Positions 17,930 to 27,643 of a stretch of 64,000 nucleotides of DNA are shown piece by piece. Position numbers and translations under genes: made by a program. The stretch comes from a virus, in IMG/VR virus record IMGVR_UViG_3300042562_002450, positions 1 through 64,000 of that record; one strand, given 5' to 3'. The notes beneath the pieces were generated by a model. It was not told the origin of the DNA, ran no database searches, and saw only the letters and a list, made by a program, of their open reading frames with translations. How positions within the stretch are numbered: position 1 is the stretch's first letter; every line of letters starts with the position of its first letter.

Positions 17930-18442
17930 ATGAGGAGCTTTTTTTTTGGAGGAATCTTGAAACTCAATAAAGTCTTACCAAAATTTAGTAAAAGATGGGA
18001 AAAAGAAAGAGAATTATCTGGTATCCGAAGTATAGACAATGGTATATACTTAATACTTGAAAATGATAAAATGACAAGTGGTCACGAATCAATTAATCTT
18101 CGAGCATATATGCAATTAAAAGGAGAGGTTGGAAGTAACTACTTCTTTGAACTCTTTAAGTATTTAAAAAGATATCAATCATATTTAATAATGGAGATCG
18201 TTGTACGCCATAAATTTCTTAATACAAAAAAAGAAGTAAGAAATGCAATCAAAGTTCATCTTGTTAAGAATTTTCATAAAATAAAAATTAATGAAACAAA
18301 AGAAAATAAAATTCCCACCTTAACATATTATCTAAAACTTGTAGATGAATGCTTAGATCAAATTGATAGGCATACCAAAATCTCTCTTGTTTTTCAGAAA
18401 AAAATTGGTTATAAGTATTATGAAAATGTCAGATATTATTAG
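17930..18442 (+). CDS. Hypothetical basic protein
   Basis: 170 aa ORF; start uncertain. Confidence 0.6.
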   Translation: MRSFFFGGILKLNKVLPKFSKRWEKERELSGIRSIDNGIYLILENDKMTSGHESINLRAYMQLKGEVGSNYFFELFKYLKRYQSYLIMEIVVRHKFLNTKKEVRNAIKVHLVKNFHKIKINETKENKIPTLTYYLKLVDECLDQIDRHTKISLVFQKKIGYKYYENVRYY

Positions 18443-18450
18443 GAGATAAG

Positions 18451-18720
18451 ATGAAGATCCATGCGACAACAAATAATGTAATTTTAAAAGTTCCCAAGAA
18501 AGTTAAAAGTATAGATGAGTTACTAATTGAAACTGGAGAACAGGAACAAATCCTAATTGGTCATATTGTATCAGTAGGTCCAGATTCTACTGTTTTGGCA
18601 AATTCAGAATGTCTTGCTTGTGCTTACCTTAATAGGGTAGCTTTATTGCCTTGGGCAACAGAGACGGATACATACTATGTTGTAAAAGAAGAAAATATCT
18701 ATGGCATCTTGGAGGCTTAA
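18451..18720 (+). CDS. groES: Co-chaperonin GroES-like protein
   Basis: About 90 aa directly upstream of groEL; GHIVSVGP and YYVVKEENIYGIL patterns. Confidence 0.75.
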   Translation: MKIHATTNNVILKVPKKVKSIDELLIETGEQEQILIGHIVSVGPDSTVLANSECLACAYLNRVALLPWATETDTYYVVKEENIYGILEA

Positions 18721-20316
18721 ATGAGTAAATTAATTGAAATAAAAGATACAAGATCTGTAATACTTAAACCTGTTAAAGAAATGGAAGAGATTGTCTGTTC
18801 AACTATGGGACCACATGGTCAAAACGTAATGCTTCGTAATGAAGCAGATTCTCCTGTGATTACTAAAGATGGTGTTACTGTTGCAAAGTCTGTAAATTCA
18901 GATGATGCATTTGAACAATTGATCTTTGACATATTAAAGCAAGCTGCTGAAAGAACAAACAGTGAAGCTGGAGATGGGACTACAACTGCAACTTCTATTG
19001 CAGCGAATACATTTAAAGAAGGTTTTAAACTTATATCTGCAGATGTTGATCCAATGTCCATTAAAAGAGAAATCGATCTCTTTTTAGAAACATATAAAGA
19101 TGAACTTAAAAAACATCGAGTAATATTTAAAGATAATAGTGACAAGGAAATTCAAGATACTTTATATAAGATAGCAATGATATCAACAAATGGTGATATT
19201 GAAATGTCTAAAGTTATCTCTGAAGCAACTGCTCGGGCTGGACTAAGTGGAATCATTAACATTAAACAAGCAACAGGTGACTATGGCATTACTCAAAGTA
19301 AAGGTGTTAAAATTCCTAATGCTGGTGTTGTTAACTATGATTTTGTTAAAGGCACAGTCGATAAAAAAGTCACTCTTAAAAATGTTTACGTCTTACTGAC
19401 AACTTATGAGCTTGAAAATCCAAGCTTACTAACTGATCTTAAACCAACATTTGAACATATTGGAAAGAATGGATCACTCCTTATTATTTCAAAGAAAGTA
19501 GACAAGGGCTTTTTAGCTCACTTATTGCAATGGAATGCAACTGGTCAACTTAAGAATGCTGCTGTTAGAGCTCCATATTTTGGTGCTGTTGGTAGGGAAA
19601 TGATGGACGATCTAGCCGCCTATCTTGGAACTGTTGTTATTGAGGAAGATAAGAAGCATTCTTTTGCTAAGCTTGAAGCCAATATGCTTGGGCGTGTAGA
19701 AGAAGCTGATGTGACTCCACACTATACAATTTTACGTGGTGTAAATCCAGACAAGGTGCGATTAGCTCAAAGAATTAAACTTCTTGAAGATAAGCTAGAA
19801 ACAATTAAAGATAAACAAAGTGACCCAGATAAAACCCTAGAAAGACTATCGTTACTTAATGGTAAAGTATTTACTATATCTGTTCCTTCTATCTCAGAGA
19901 TTGAAGATAAAGAAAGAATGGATAGAATAGATGATGCTATCAATGCCTGCAAAGGTGCATTGAAGTATGGATATATTCCTGGTGGTGGTATTACACTAGC
20001 TCGTATAGGTAGAGATAGTAAATCTTCTCTTATTCAAAAAATCTTAACAAGTCCATTAAGTAAGATATTAAGCAATGCAGGAAAATCAGAGCATCAAGCT
20101 ATTTGTCTTCTTGAAGATGAACAAGATGTATCTACTTCTTACGACTTAAGAAATGGTATTGAAGGTGATGCGTTAGAGATTGGAGTAATTGATCCTTATA
20201 AAGTAGCTGAGTGTGCAGTAATTAATGGCTTATCTGTTGGCTCAATGTTGCTAACTACAAAAGCAATTATATTGCCAAAACAAACAAAAGAAACCGCATT
20301 CGATATGTCTTACTAA
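18721..20316 (+). CDS. groEL: Chaperonin GroEL
   Basis: TMGPHG, ITKDGVTVAK, AGDGTTTA, IPGGG, GVIDP. Confidence 0.95.
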   Translation: MSKLIEIKDTRSVILKPVKEMEEIVCSTMGPHGQNVMLRNEADSPVITKDGVTVAKSVNSDDAFEQLIFDILKQAAERTNSEAGDGTTTATSIAANTFKEGFKLISADVDPMSIKREIDLFLETYKDELKKHRVIFKDNSDKEIQDTLYKIAMISTNGDIEMSKVISEATARAGLSGIINIKQATGDYGITQSKGVKIPNAGVVNYDFVKGTVDKKVTLKNVYVLLTTYELENPSLLTDLKPTFEHIGKNGSLLIISKKVDKGFLAHLLQWNATGQLKNAAVRAPYFGAVGREMMDDLAAYLGTVVIEEDKKHSFAKLEANMLGRVEEADVTPHYTILRGVNPDKVRLAQRIKLLEDKLETIKDKQSDPDKTLERLSLLNGKVFTISVPSISEIEDKERMDRIDDAINACKGALKYGYIPGGGITLARIGRDSKSSLIQKILTSPLSKILSNAGKSEHQAICLLEDEQDVSTSYDLRNGIEGDALEIGVIDPYKVAECAVINGLSVGSMLLTTKAIILPKQTKETAFDMSY

Positions 20317-20391
20317 TCAGAATATCATTAGACAAAAATCCTAATCAAGCTCATCATATATGTACAGTATAAGAGGGGAAAAAGGAGAATT

Positions 20392-20652
20392 ATGTTATAT
20401 CTTATTTTGATTGTAGAAATATTCTTATTTGGCTTAGTCTTTTATAGACTTGTAACAACTAATCATTGGACAATTGGTAAGAAATTACTTGTTGGTTTAA
20501 GTGCAGGGATTCTAGTAGAAGGATTGGGCTTTATTGCTGCAATGCTTTTTTCTTCAAATCCCATGACTTTAGTATTTATAAAAATACCTAAAATGATCTG
20601 CGGTGCCATTATGGTATATTTCTTTTATCGACATGAGCATGTGGTTCACTAA
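20392..20652 (+). CDS. Multi-helix membrane protein (holin-like candidate)
   Basis: Three hydrophobic segments in 86 aa. Confidence 0.55.
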   Translation: MLYLILIVEIFLFGLVFYRLVTTNHWTIGKKLLVGLSAGILVEGLGFIAAMLFSSNPMTLVFIKIPKMICGAIMVYFFYRHEHVVH

Positions 20653-20664
20653 AAGGTAGATGAA

Positions 20665-20955
20665 ATGGAATTCATAACTCAGATTCTTGCAACAACTGGG
20701 CCAATTGGTTTCGGTGTTGGATTAGTCTTCTTACTGATGGTACTGGCTCTTAAAGTGGTCTGGGAAAGTCAGAAAGAAGAAAGAGAAGCTAGGATTAAAT
20801 CCCTAGATAATAATAATGAGAAGTATGAGAATGTAGTTAGGCAAATGTTTGAGGTAGTAAATGCTAACACTCAAGCCCTAACTGCCCACACGGAAGTATC
20901 AAAAGAATTAAAGAAAAGTATGCGGGAGCTACGGCTCCCGTCCATTCAGAAATAG
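20665..20955 (+). CDS. Membrane protein with coiled-coil C-terminus (holin-like candidate)
   Basis: Single N-terminal TM helix followed by a coiled coil. Confidence 0.55.
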   Translation: MEFITQILATTGPIGFGVGLVFLLMVLALKVVWESQKEEREARIKSLDNNNEKYENVVRQMFEVVNANTQALTAHTEVSKELKKSMRELRLPSIQK

Positions 20956-21134
20956 CATGTCTATACTCTGAGGCAATAGAGGTGTTGCTTAGGATGTCAC
21001 GGGAAGAAGGTTGTTCGACTGTCACGGACGCAATGTCCAAGGTTGTCTAGTCACTTGGCACTAGAGAGAATGCTCCCAGCCAGAGAGAACTCAAAAGGTG
21101 TCTGGTTTAAAACTTAAATTAAGTCCTCAAACAT

Positions 21135-21159
21135 AGGAAGCTTTTAGCTTCCTTTTTTT
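21135..21159 (+). terminator. Rho-independent terminator
   Basis: AGGAAGCT-TTT-AGCTTCCT plus T run. Confidence 0.8.
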
Positions 21160-21173
21160 ATTTTGGAGTACAT

Positions 21174-21530
21174 ATGTCTGAAAATGTTAAACAGAAAAAA
21201 GTAGTAAAAAAAACTGTACAAGTCGGTGGGCAAAAAGTGCCTATGTACATTTGTCCTCCAGGAATGTCTGGTCTAGGTTTAGATCTAGAAAAGCATTTTA
21301 ATCAAGAAGACAAAGAAGAAGCTATCTTCGAAGTTATTGATAACTCACAAGCAGCAGAACTTGTACTTACAGAGGATTATGCTTTTGTAAGAGCTTATCA
21401 AAAATATTGCGATGATGGTGAAGTCGACAATGCAATGGTTGAGGACTTTGTTAATTATAAACAAATAAACAAGTACTATGACCCTGAAAGTGATTTAAAC
21501 AAAGATTTGGTATCAATATTCAATAACTAA
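21174..21530 (+). CDS. Hypothetical protein
   Basis: GGAG RBS; 118 aa. Confidence 0.65.
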   Translation: MSENVKQKKVVKKTVQVGGQKVPMYICPPGMSGLGLDLEKHFNQEDKEEAIFEVIDNSQAAELVLTEDYAFVRAYQKYCDDGEVDNAMVEDFVNYKQINKYYDPESDLNKDLVSIFNN

Positions 21531-21570
21531 AGAACGTGGGGTTCTTTAGCTTTTAATCAAGGAGATTTCT

Positions 21571-21921
21571 ATGTCAACGCTCAAAACTGGAATGGTTTAT
21601 CAACGTACTCTTAAGGGACCAAATTATCTTTGTCTCGGTAAGGCTAGTGTCAATGGTAAGACCATGGTTATTTCTGTAAAAAACGGAAATATTAATGCAA
21701 ATGGTAAGTCACGCACGTTATCAAAAGCTGATGGTGGTGTAGTTATATTTGCTCACATGCCTGAAGACATTGCTCGCGTTCATCAAATTCGTAAAGTAGA
21801 TGTTGGATCTGTCTTTACAAAAGGTGCTGCAAGTACTGCTATTCAAACAACACTTAAACGTCTACTAACTCAAGGTATTGAAACAGCTGGGGAGCTGCCA
21901 TCTCTCGCAGAGCTTCGATAG
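21571..21921 (+). CDS. Hypothetical protein
   Basis: AAGGAG RBS; 116 aa. Confidence 0.7.
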   Translation: MSTLKTGMVYQRTLKGPNYLCLGKASVNGKTMVISVKNGNINANGKSRTLSKADGGVVIFAHMPEDIARVHQIRKVDVGSVFTKGAASTAIQTTLKRLLTQGIETAGELPSLAELR

Positions 21922-21955
21922 TCAAACAAACAAACACTCTAACGAGGAGAAAAAC

Positions 21956-22135
21956 ATGTCTCAAAAAAGAATTATTTTCGGTGAAACATCAGTACCTGTA
22001 CCTGATGCTGTAACTTCAGTAGAACAAGCTCGCGGATTCGCTGCTGCATTCCTTCCAGGTCTTTCAGATTCTGAAGGTTTCATCAATGAAGATGGCGATT
22101 ATGAATTTCGTAAAAAAGCTGGAACTAAAGGTTAA
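21956..22135 (+). CDS. Prokaryotic ubiquitin-like protein (PRTRC protein C / Prok_Ub-like)
   Basis: 59 aa ending YEFRKKAGTKG, the PRTRC-C type C-terminus; GAGGAG RBS. Confidence 0.8.
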   Translation: MSQKRIIFGETSVPVPDAVTSVEQARGFAAAFLPGLSDSEGFINEDGDYEFRKKAGTKG

Positions 22136-22152
22136 TCTTTAGGTCTGAATCC

Positions 22153-22175
22153 AAGGGGGCTTCGGCCCCCTTTTT
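22153..22175 (+). terminator. Rho-independent terminator after the Ubl gene
   Basis: AAGGGGGC-TTCG-GCCCCCTT plus TTT. Confidence 0.85.
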
Positions 22176-22187
22176 AAAAGGCCATAT

Positions 22188-22475
22188 ATGTTAAAGATAG
22201 AAAGACTTGAAAATCATAAGAACTTAGAATCAGTTCTTGAATCAAAAAAAAAGATATTTAATTTAATGGTAAAAGTGAATGGTTCAATGAATACATTTCA
22301 CAAAGAAATTAAAACACTAAGAGAAATCGAAGTGCTTGCCGAAGATTACTTTATTTCAAAAGAAGAAATAAAAGCATTAAAAGAAAAATCTTTTGGCCTA
22401 AATGAATCGTCAGTAATCGAAAAATTAAAAAATATAAAAAATAGTAAAATAGCTGTCTCAATAGACTTTATTTAA
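22188..22475 (+). CDS. Hypothetical protein in Ubl cassette
   Basis: 95 aa, Lys/Glu-rich. Confidence 0.6.
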   Translation: MLKIERLENHKNLESVLESKKKIFNLMVKVNGSMNTFHKEIKTLREIEVLAEDYFISKEEIKALKEKSFGLNESSVIEKLKNIKNSKIAVSIDFI

Positions 22476-22486
22476 AAGGTAAATAT

Positions 22487-23410
22487 ATGGATCAGTTAGT
22501 TATAGAAACAGATATACAAAGAGCTCCTAGTTTTATTAATAGCTCAGAAAATATATTTTTTGATTTAGACTATAGTTATCTCCTTAACTTTTGGTATACA
22601 TCTAAAGTAAATAAAGAAAATAATTATATAAAAAGAAATGGATTACATCCATATTTTCTGTTCAATGAAAACTTAAATTCAAACTCATTTATTACTTCTA
22701 ATGCAGAGGGTAACAGTGTTAATTTGAAAACAGTTTTTTACACTGTATTTAAAATATTCCTTGAGAATGTATTTAAAGATTTTAAAATAAGTAAAACAAG
22801 AGATGTTGAAGAATGGAAACTTTTATTTCCAGCAGATAAGAATGGTTTAGACTCTGAGCAATATCTTAAGTTTAGTTATTGTGAGCATCGTGAACTTAAT
22901 CTATATCCATTAATGCTACAAAGCATAAGGCCAAGATATGGTGTCACTCACCTTCCATCATTTAAAGTTCTTTTAAATAAAAAAGACATTTTACAATCTA
23001 AAGAAATATTTAATTGTTTTAATCAAATAGATGAGGAAGTATCTTCTACTATTGATGAAGGCTTAAAAAGTGTTCTTAATTCTTTACTTGAGCAAATGAT
23101 TTACAGAGATATATTTAAAGTTCCACAAACTTTGATAGCTGAAACAGTTCAGGCGGAAATGGATGCCGACATGGATGATAATGAAGATACAGAAGAATAC
23201 CTCGAGATAGTTGAAGAAAGGGTTCATCGTCTTCTTCCTGTTTGGTCAGCGATTCAAGCAAATGTCCCAGCAATGATTGCAGGGCGGGCTCGTTTTAGCT
23301 TTCTTCTTGCTTATGCTAAAGCGCAACAACCTTCTTTGTTTGATAATATTCAAGACTCAGATGAGAACTATGACGGTATCTCTAGACTAATAAATAATTT
23401 TGCCGCATAG
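22487..23410 (+). CDS. Hypothetical protein in Ubl cassette
   Basis: 307 aa; no motif recognised. Confidence 0.7.
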   Translation: MDQLVIETDIQRAPSFINSSENIFFDLDYSYLLNFWYTSKVNKENNYIKRNGLHPYFLFNENLNSNSFITSNAEGNSVNLKTVFYTVFKIFLENVFKDFKISKTRDVEEWKLLFPADKNGLDSEQYLKFSYCEHRELNLYPLMLQSIRPRYGVTHLPSFKVLLNKKDILQSKEIFNCFNQIDEEVSSTIDEGLKSVLNSLLEQMIYRDIFKVPQTLIAETVQAEMDADMDDNEDTEEYLEIVEERVHRLLPVWSAIQANVPAMIAGRARFSFLLAYAKAQQPSLFDNIQDSDENYDGISRLINNFAA

Positions 23411-23419
23411 GAGGATCTT

Positions 23420-24223
23420 ATGATTAATATTAAAGTTTTAAAAGACTTTGCAGAAGTTAGCTATCAGATCTCAGGATCACAAAAAAAAGAGACAAAGATA
23501 GTAGGTCTTTCCGAAATTCCATTGCTTTTTGATACAAAGATTTCTTTTGATTCTGGTATCTTACCTCTTTTTGGTAATGAGAATGCTTTGGGTATTCAAA
23601 GATTGGTACAGCGAGATAATTACTATTATGTTTTGGTTCAAGGTATTAATCCTTTTCTTAACACAAGACATGTTGCAGGTAATGTTTTTACAGATAAAGA
23701 TTTGAAAAATTTTAAACTGAATCATATTGAGAATACTGATCTTTTGATATCCAAGAAGGGTGATGTGTATGAATATAAGAATGTTTATTATCCAAATCTA
23801 TTAATGTCTTTGATGCTTAAAAAAGAAACAAAGGGCAGTCTTAAAATTGAAAAATCAGGAATACTTGCTTATTCAGATCATTTCATTTCAGAAGATACTC
23901 AACTTTATGAATTTCCATTTTCAAATACACATTCTGGTTCTGTTTATGGACAGATTTGTTGGGGTGGACAAGGGGCTCCACAGCTTGGATCTTTAGCTCA
24001 AAGTGTTGCTATAATGCAAAGTTTCTTAGGTTCAACAATGAATCATGACCTTTACAAGAAGGCATATGTTAATGGACATGCATTAGAAACCTCTTCTGAC
24101 TTACTGACATATTTGTCTTTAAAATCATCAGAGCTTAGTGCATTTCCTTACAAAGATATAGAGATGAAAAAGATAATTAAATACAATGACTTGATGTCTT
24201 ACCTTAATCAAAATTGGAAATAA
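23420..24223 (+). CDS. Prokaryotic E2-like protein (PRTRC protein B / Prok-E2 family D-like)
   Basis: LYEFPFSN...GQICWG with putative catalytic Cys; gene context. Confidence 0.75.
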   Translation: MINIKVLKDFAEVSYQISGSQKKETKIVGLSEIPLLFDTKISFDSGILPLFGNENALGIQRLVQRDNYYYVLVQGINPFLNTRHVAGNVFTDKDLKNFKLNHIENTDLLISKKGDVYEYKNVYYPNLLMSLMLKKETKGSLKIEKSGILAYSDHFISEDTQLYEFPFSNTHSGSVYGQICWGGQGAPQLGSLAQSVAIMQSFLGSTMNHDLYKKAYVNGHALETSSDLLTYLSLKSSELSAFPYKDIEMKKIIKYNDLMSYLNQNWK

Positions 24224-24225
24224 AA

Positions 24226-25557
24226 ATGAGACTACCAAATCCTAAACATTTATCAGAAAATGTACAAGAAAAGCATTTAAATGGTCAGCAAGAAATGTCA
24301 TTACTTGAAAGAGTAAACAAAATAAGAAAACCAGAAACTGCTGTAGTTTCAGTTCAGGATCAGATGAATTTCTGGAACTATCTTAATGATATTCAATATG
24401 GCGCACTTAATAAAGACTTACTAACTAAAGCAAATACTTGGTTGTTAACTAAGGATTCAACATTCCTTATTCAAAAAAATAATACTGGATTCTATGCTGT
24501 TAAGAAAAGTGATGCAGGAATTCCAACATTACCTAAAATCGATTATCCAGATGCCTTCTTTGAATTAGCATATGGTCAAATTCCAAATTCTATTTTAGAA
24601 CAAATCATTGGCTTTTTTAGAGAGATCATGAAGCGTCATAATGATGCAGAAGCTTTCATTCAAGTTTATTGGGATAAGCAAGATAGTCAATATATTGTAA
24701 ACATTCCTAAACAAAGAATCTCAAAAGCATCAGTTAATTATGATGCAACAGAGAACTTAAATTTGAAAGATCCTGCAAGATATTTATTTGCCTATGAGTG
24801 TCATAGTCATAATTCTATGAAAGCTTTTTGGTCAGGTACGGATAATGCAGATGAAAAAGAACTAAGAGTCTATGGTGTGTTCGGTGAGTTAGATAAAGAT
24901 AACTATGCTTCAAAGCATCGCTTCTTTGTTGGAGAAGAGCAAATTGATTGTAACATAAAAGCTATTTTTGATATGCCTAAAGAAGAAGAGAAAAAGTATG
25001 TAGTCACTCATAAGAATAAACAATATTTTGTTTCTGGAAATAAACTACAGCTTGATGAAACTCCTAAGTATATCCTTGAAACAGAAGCAGGCGAAAAGCA
25101 CTATGTTCCATTGGATGGTGTTGTGCTTCATCGTAATGAGGTTGCCTTTCCTGAAACATGGTTTGCTAATATCAATGTTCCTCTTCCAGCTCAAACTCGT
25201 GAAAGATCAAATAACATATCTACTGTCTGGGATCTTGACTTTCCATCATATGGAAAAAAAGATAAAAAGAACGGTCCAAAAGATTTCTTTAATAAAGATC
25301 TTGTTAATCCTTTTTATAGTAGAGACTTTGATACTTTTGATGCTGAGTGGGATTACACTATGGAGCTTGAGCAAATGTCTGAAGAGATTGATGCGATTCT
25401 TGATAGAACAAATGGATTTGAAGATGAAGCATCTACACAGATGTTCCTTGAAAATCTTGAGTTTAAATCTTCTCTAAAAGAACTAGAACTCGCTATTCAT
25501 AATTATCATGTCACTGCCCGTGAAGCAGAGAAGGGGCCATCTGATGGAAGATACTAA
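24226..25557 (+). CDS. JAB/MPN metallo-isopeptidase (PRTRC protein A-like) with long C-terminal extension
   Basis: AEAF...ECHSHNSMKAFWSGTDNADE JAMM motif. Confidence 0.85.
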   Translation: MRLPNPKHLSENVQEKHLNGQQEMSLLERVNKIRKPETAVVSVQDQMNFWNYLNDIQYGALNKDLLTKANTWLLTKDSTFLIQKNNTGFYAVKKSDAGIPTLPKIDYPDAFFELAYGQIPNSILEQIIGFFREIMKRHNDAEAFIQVYWDKQDSQYIVNIPKQRISKASVNYDATENLNLKDPARYLFAYECHSHNSMKAFWSGTDNADEKELRVYGVFGELDKDNYASKHRFFVGEEQIDCNIKAIFDMPKEEEKKYVVTHKNKQYFVSGNKLQLDETPKYILETEAGEKHYVPLDGVVLHRNEVAFPETWFANINVPLPAQTRERSNNISTVWDLDFPSYGKKDKKNGPKDFFNKDLVNPFYSRDFDTFDAEWDYTMELEQMSEEIDAILDRTNGFEDEASTQMFLENLEFKSSLKELELAIHNYHVTAREAEKGPSDGRY

Positions 25558-26449
25558 TCTAGATATTCTTGCTAAGTTATTGCCAGTAGATAAAAAGTTA
25601 TTTGATAAATTAAATAACAAACAGAATAAATTTCAGTCTGTTCTTAATCTGCCATTAACTAGAATAGCTGAAGTTGATACTTACCATTCTAATGTAGATT
25701 TAAATGCCACTCCTATCCAGATCAATATAATTGGTGCTGGAGGGACTGGTGGTTATCTAGTTAGGGATCTTTCTCGTTTTATTTATTCAATAGAAAAAAG
25801 AACAAGTAAGTCTAATATCTCAATTACAATCTTTGATGGTGATAATGTTGAAGAGAAGAATATCTTAAGACAGAATTTTCTTCCTCATGATATTGGCCAA
25901 AACAAAGCTGAAGTATTAGCTCTCCGTCATGTGCGAGCCTTTGGAACAAATATTAACTATGTCCCCGAAATGTTTGAATCAGTTCATACTAGTTCACAGA
26001 AATGGCGTGGATTTAATAATAGCGAAAAAGGTACAATCATCTATGTAGGCTGTGTTGACAATAATGCAGCTCGTAGAGAAATCGCAAAGACAATGGAAAA
26101 CTTCAGGACAGAGAATTGGGGAAGACAATCTCAAGAAATTTGGTGGATCGATTCAGGGAATGAAAGGAAAACTGGACAAGTAATAGCTGGCTCAAATTAC
26201 CTGATGGATGTTACTGACTTTTATCCTGAGATATTACTTCCTGAGTATGATTCTAAAGAAGTTATTAGTTGTGCAGATCGCATGATGGAAGATGAACAAA
26301 ACATGTTTGTTAACCTTACAGCATCTAATCTTATTCTTAATTATTTAAGAAAAATAATTTTAAATGAGCCTATGATCACTAACGGATCTGTCTTTAATAT
26401 CGACAATAAAGTAGACAACTATTACATTTTAAAAGATAACAAAGGTTAA
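25544..26449 (+). CDS. ThiF/E1-like activating enzyme (PRTRC type)
   Basis: IIGAGGTGG, DGDNVEEKNILRQNF, NKAEVLA, CVDN, WIDSGN, C-terminal SCA. Confidence 0.9.
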   Translation: MEDTNLDILAKLLPVDKKLFDKLNNKQNKFQSVLNLPLTRIAEVDTYHSNVDLNATPIQINIIGAGGTGGYLVRDLSRFIYSIEKRTSKSNISITIFDGDNVEEKNILRQNFLPHDIGQNKAEVLALRHVRAFGTNINYVPEMFESVHTSSQKWRGFNNSEKGTIIYVGCVDNNAARREIAKTMENFRTENWGRQSQEIWWIDSGNERKTGQVIAGSNYLMDVTDFYPEILLPEYDSKEVISCADRMMEDEQNMFVNLTASNLILNYLRKIILNEPMITNGSVFNIDNKVDNYYILKDNKG

Positions 26450-26455
26450 GGGTAT

Positions 26456-26788
26456 ATGATCAGAGGACAAAAAGTATTAGCAGCAAATTTGAAAAAGACT
26501 TTTCTTAAAACTGAAATAAATAGTGCAATATCTATAGTTTCAAAAGACAACAAGACTTTTGCAATAAACATAGCTTCTAATCAAGTTGAAAGATCCGATG
26601 GTCTTATCCCTAATTCAGTAATCTTAACTGAGAAACCTATAGAAAACTTTAAAGTAATTTGTAGAGTTTTAACTGAGAATGTAATGTCTACAAGTGTCTT
26701 TGATGGTAACTGCAGAATTATAGCAAATTCAAGAATAGATAAGCTAAAGAGCTATGCAATCCTTAAGGAATTAAAAGATTGCATATAA
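26456..26788 (+). CDS. Hypothetical protein between E1 and RT
   Basis: 110 aa; 6 nt after the E1 stop and 3 nt before the RT start. Confidence 0.65.
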   Translation: MIRGQKVLAANLKKTFLKTEINSAISIVSKDNKTFAINIASNQVERSDGLIPNSVILTEKPIENFKVICRVLTENVMSTSVFDGNCRIIANSRIDKLKSYAILKELKDCI

Positions 26789-26791
26789 GGA

Positions 26792-27643
26792 ATGTCCATG
26801 AAAACTTTCAAAACAATCAATGGGATAAGCTATCATTACATGAAATTTTTCCAAATTAAAAAGAATGGCAAGAAACGCGAAATCAACTCCCCTTGTGACG
26901 CATTAAAAGCCAAACAGAATAATCTTAAAGTTCTTCTAGAACAAGAGATCGATTCCGTACTTCCTCCTTATGTTGTTGGGTTTCGTAAATCCTATAACTT
27001 AAAAAAGAATGGAGATAGTCATTTGGGAAAAAAATGGGTTATAAACCTAGATGTAAAAGATTTTTTTCCAAGTATCAATAAAAAGATACTAGAAAAAGAA
27101 ATGATTGTTTTTAAAGATCTCTTAGAGAAGAATGGATATCTCTTTAGTGACTTTCTTGAATACGTTATTTTAAATAGGGCAATTCCGCAAGGAAGTCCAA
27201 TCAGCCCATTGCTTTCAAATTATATTGGTTACATCAGAATAGATCAAAAGGTTTATCCCTATCTATTAGAAAAATATGGAACAGAGCTATCTTATACAAG
27301 ATATGCAGATGACATAACATTATCTTTTAATTCTTTTTTAAAAAGAGAAGAAGTAATAGAAATGGTAAATGAAGTAATAAAAATAGTTGAAAGTGATGGG
27401 CTCTTTAAAATCAATCCAAAGAAAATCCAAATCATGCATAACTCTCAAAAACAAGTTGTGACTGGTGTGGTAGTTAATCAAAAGACATCATTAGGTAAAA
27501 AAGAAAAATTAAGATATCGGGCGATTGCACACAAACTTAAAAATAAGCAAATCGATATGACAGATGTCCTGCAAGGGAAATTGGCATATATCAATTCAAT
27601 TGATCCCGAATATTATCAAAAACTTAAAAGGAGTTTTTTATGA
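26792..27643 (+). CDS. Retron-type reverse transcriptase
   Basis: KREI..P, NGDSH (region X NAxxH variant), DVKDFFPSI, PQGSPISP, YTRYADD, VVTGVVVN (region Y VTG). Confidence 0.9.
   Translation: MSMKTFKTINGISYHYMKFFQIKKNGKKREINSPCDALKAKQNNLKVLLEQEIDSVLPPYVVGFRKSYNLKKNGDSHLGKKWVINLDVKDFFPSINKKILEKEMIVFKDLLEKNGYLFSDFLEYVILNRAIPQGSPISPLLSNYIGYIRIDQKVYPYLLEKYGTELSYTRYADDITLSFNSFLKREEVIEMVNEVIKIVESDGLFKINPKKIQIMHNSQKQVVTGVVVNQKTSLGKKEKLRYRAIAHKLKNKQIDMTDVLQGKLAYINSIDPEYYQKLKRSFL

Noticed and set aside
18819-19952. Antisense ORFs in the track overlapping groEL (likewise within clpX, recA, dnaE, ligase and primase)
   Set aside because: Shadow ORFs opposite well-conserved genes, with no RBS or motifs.
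26792-27643. RT as a DGR or group II intron RT
   Set aside because: It has retron region X/Y motifs and PQGSPISP rather than the DGR SQ motif; no TR/VR pair, maturase domain or intron domain V seen.
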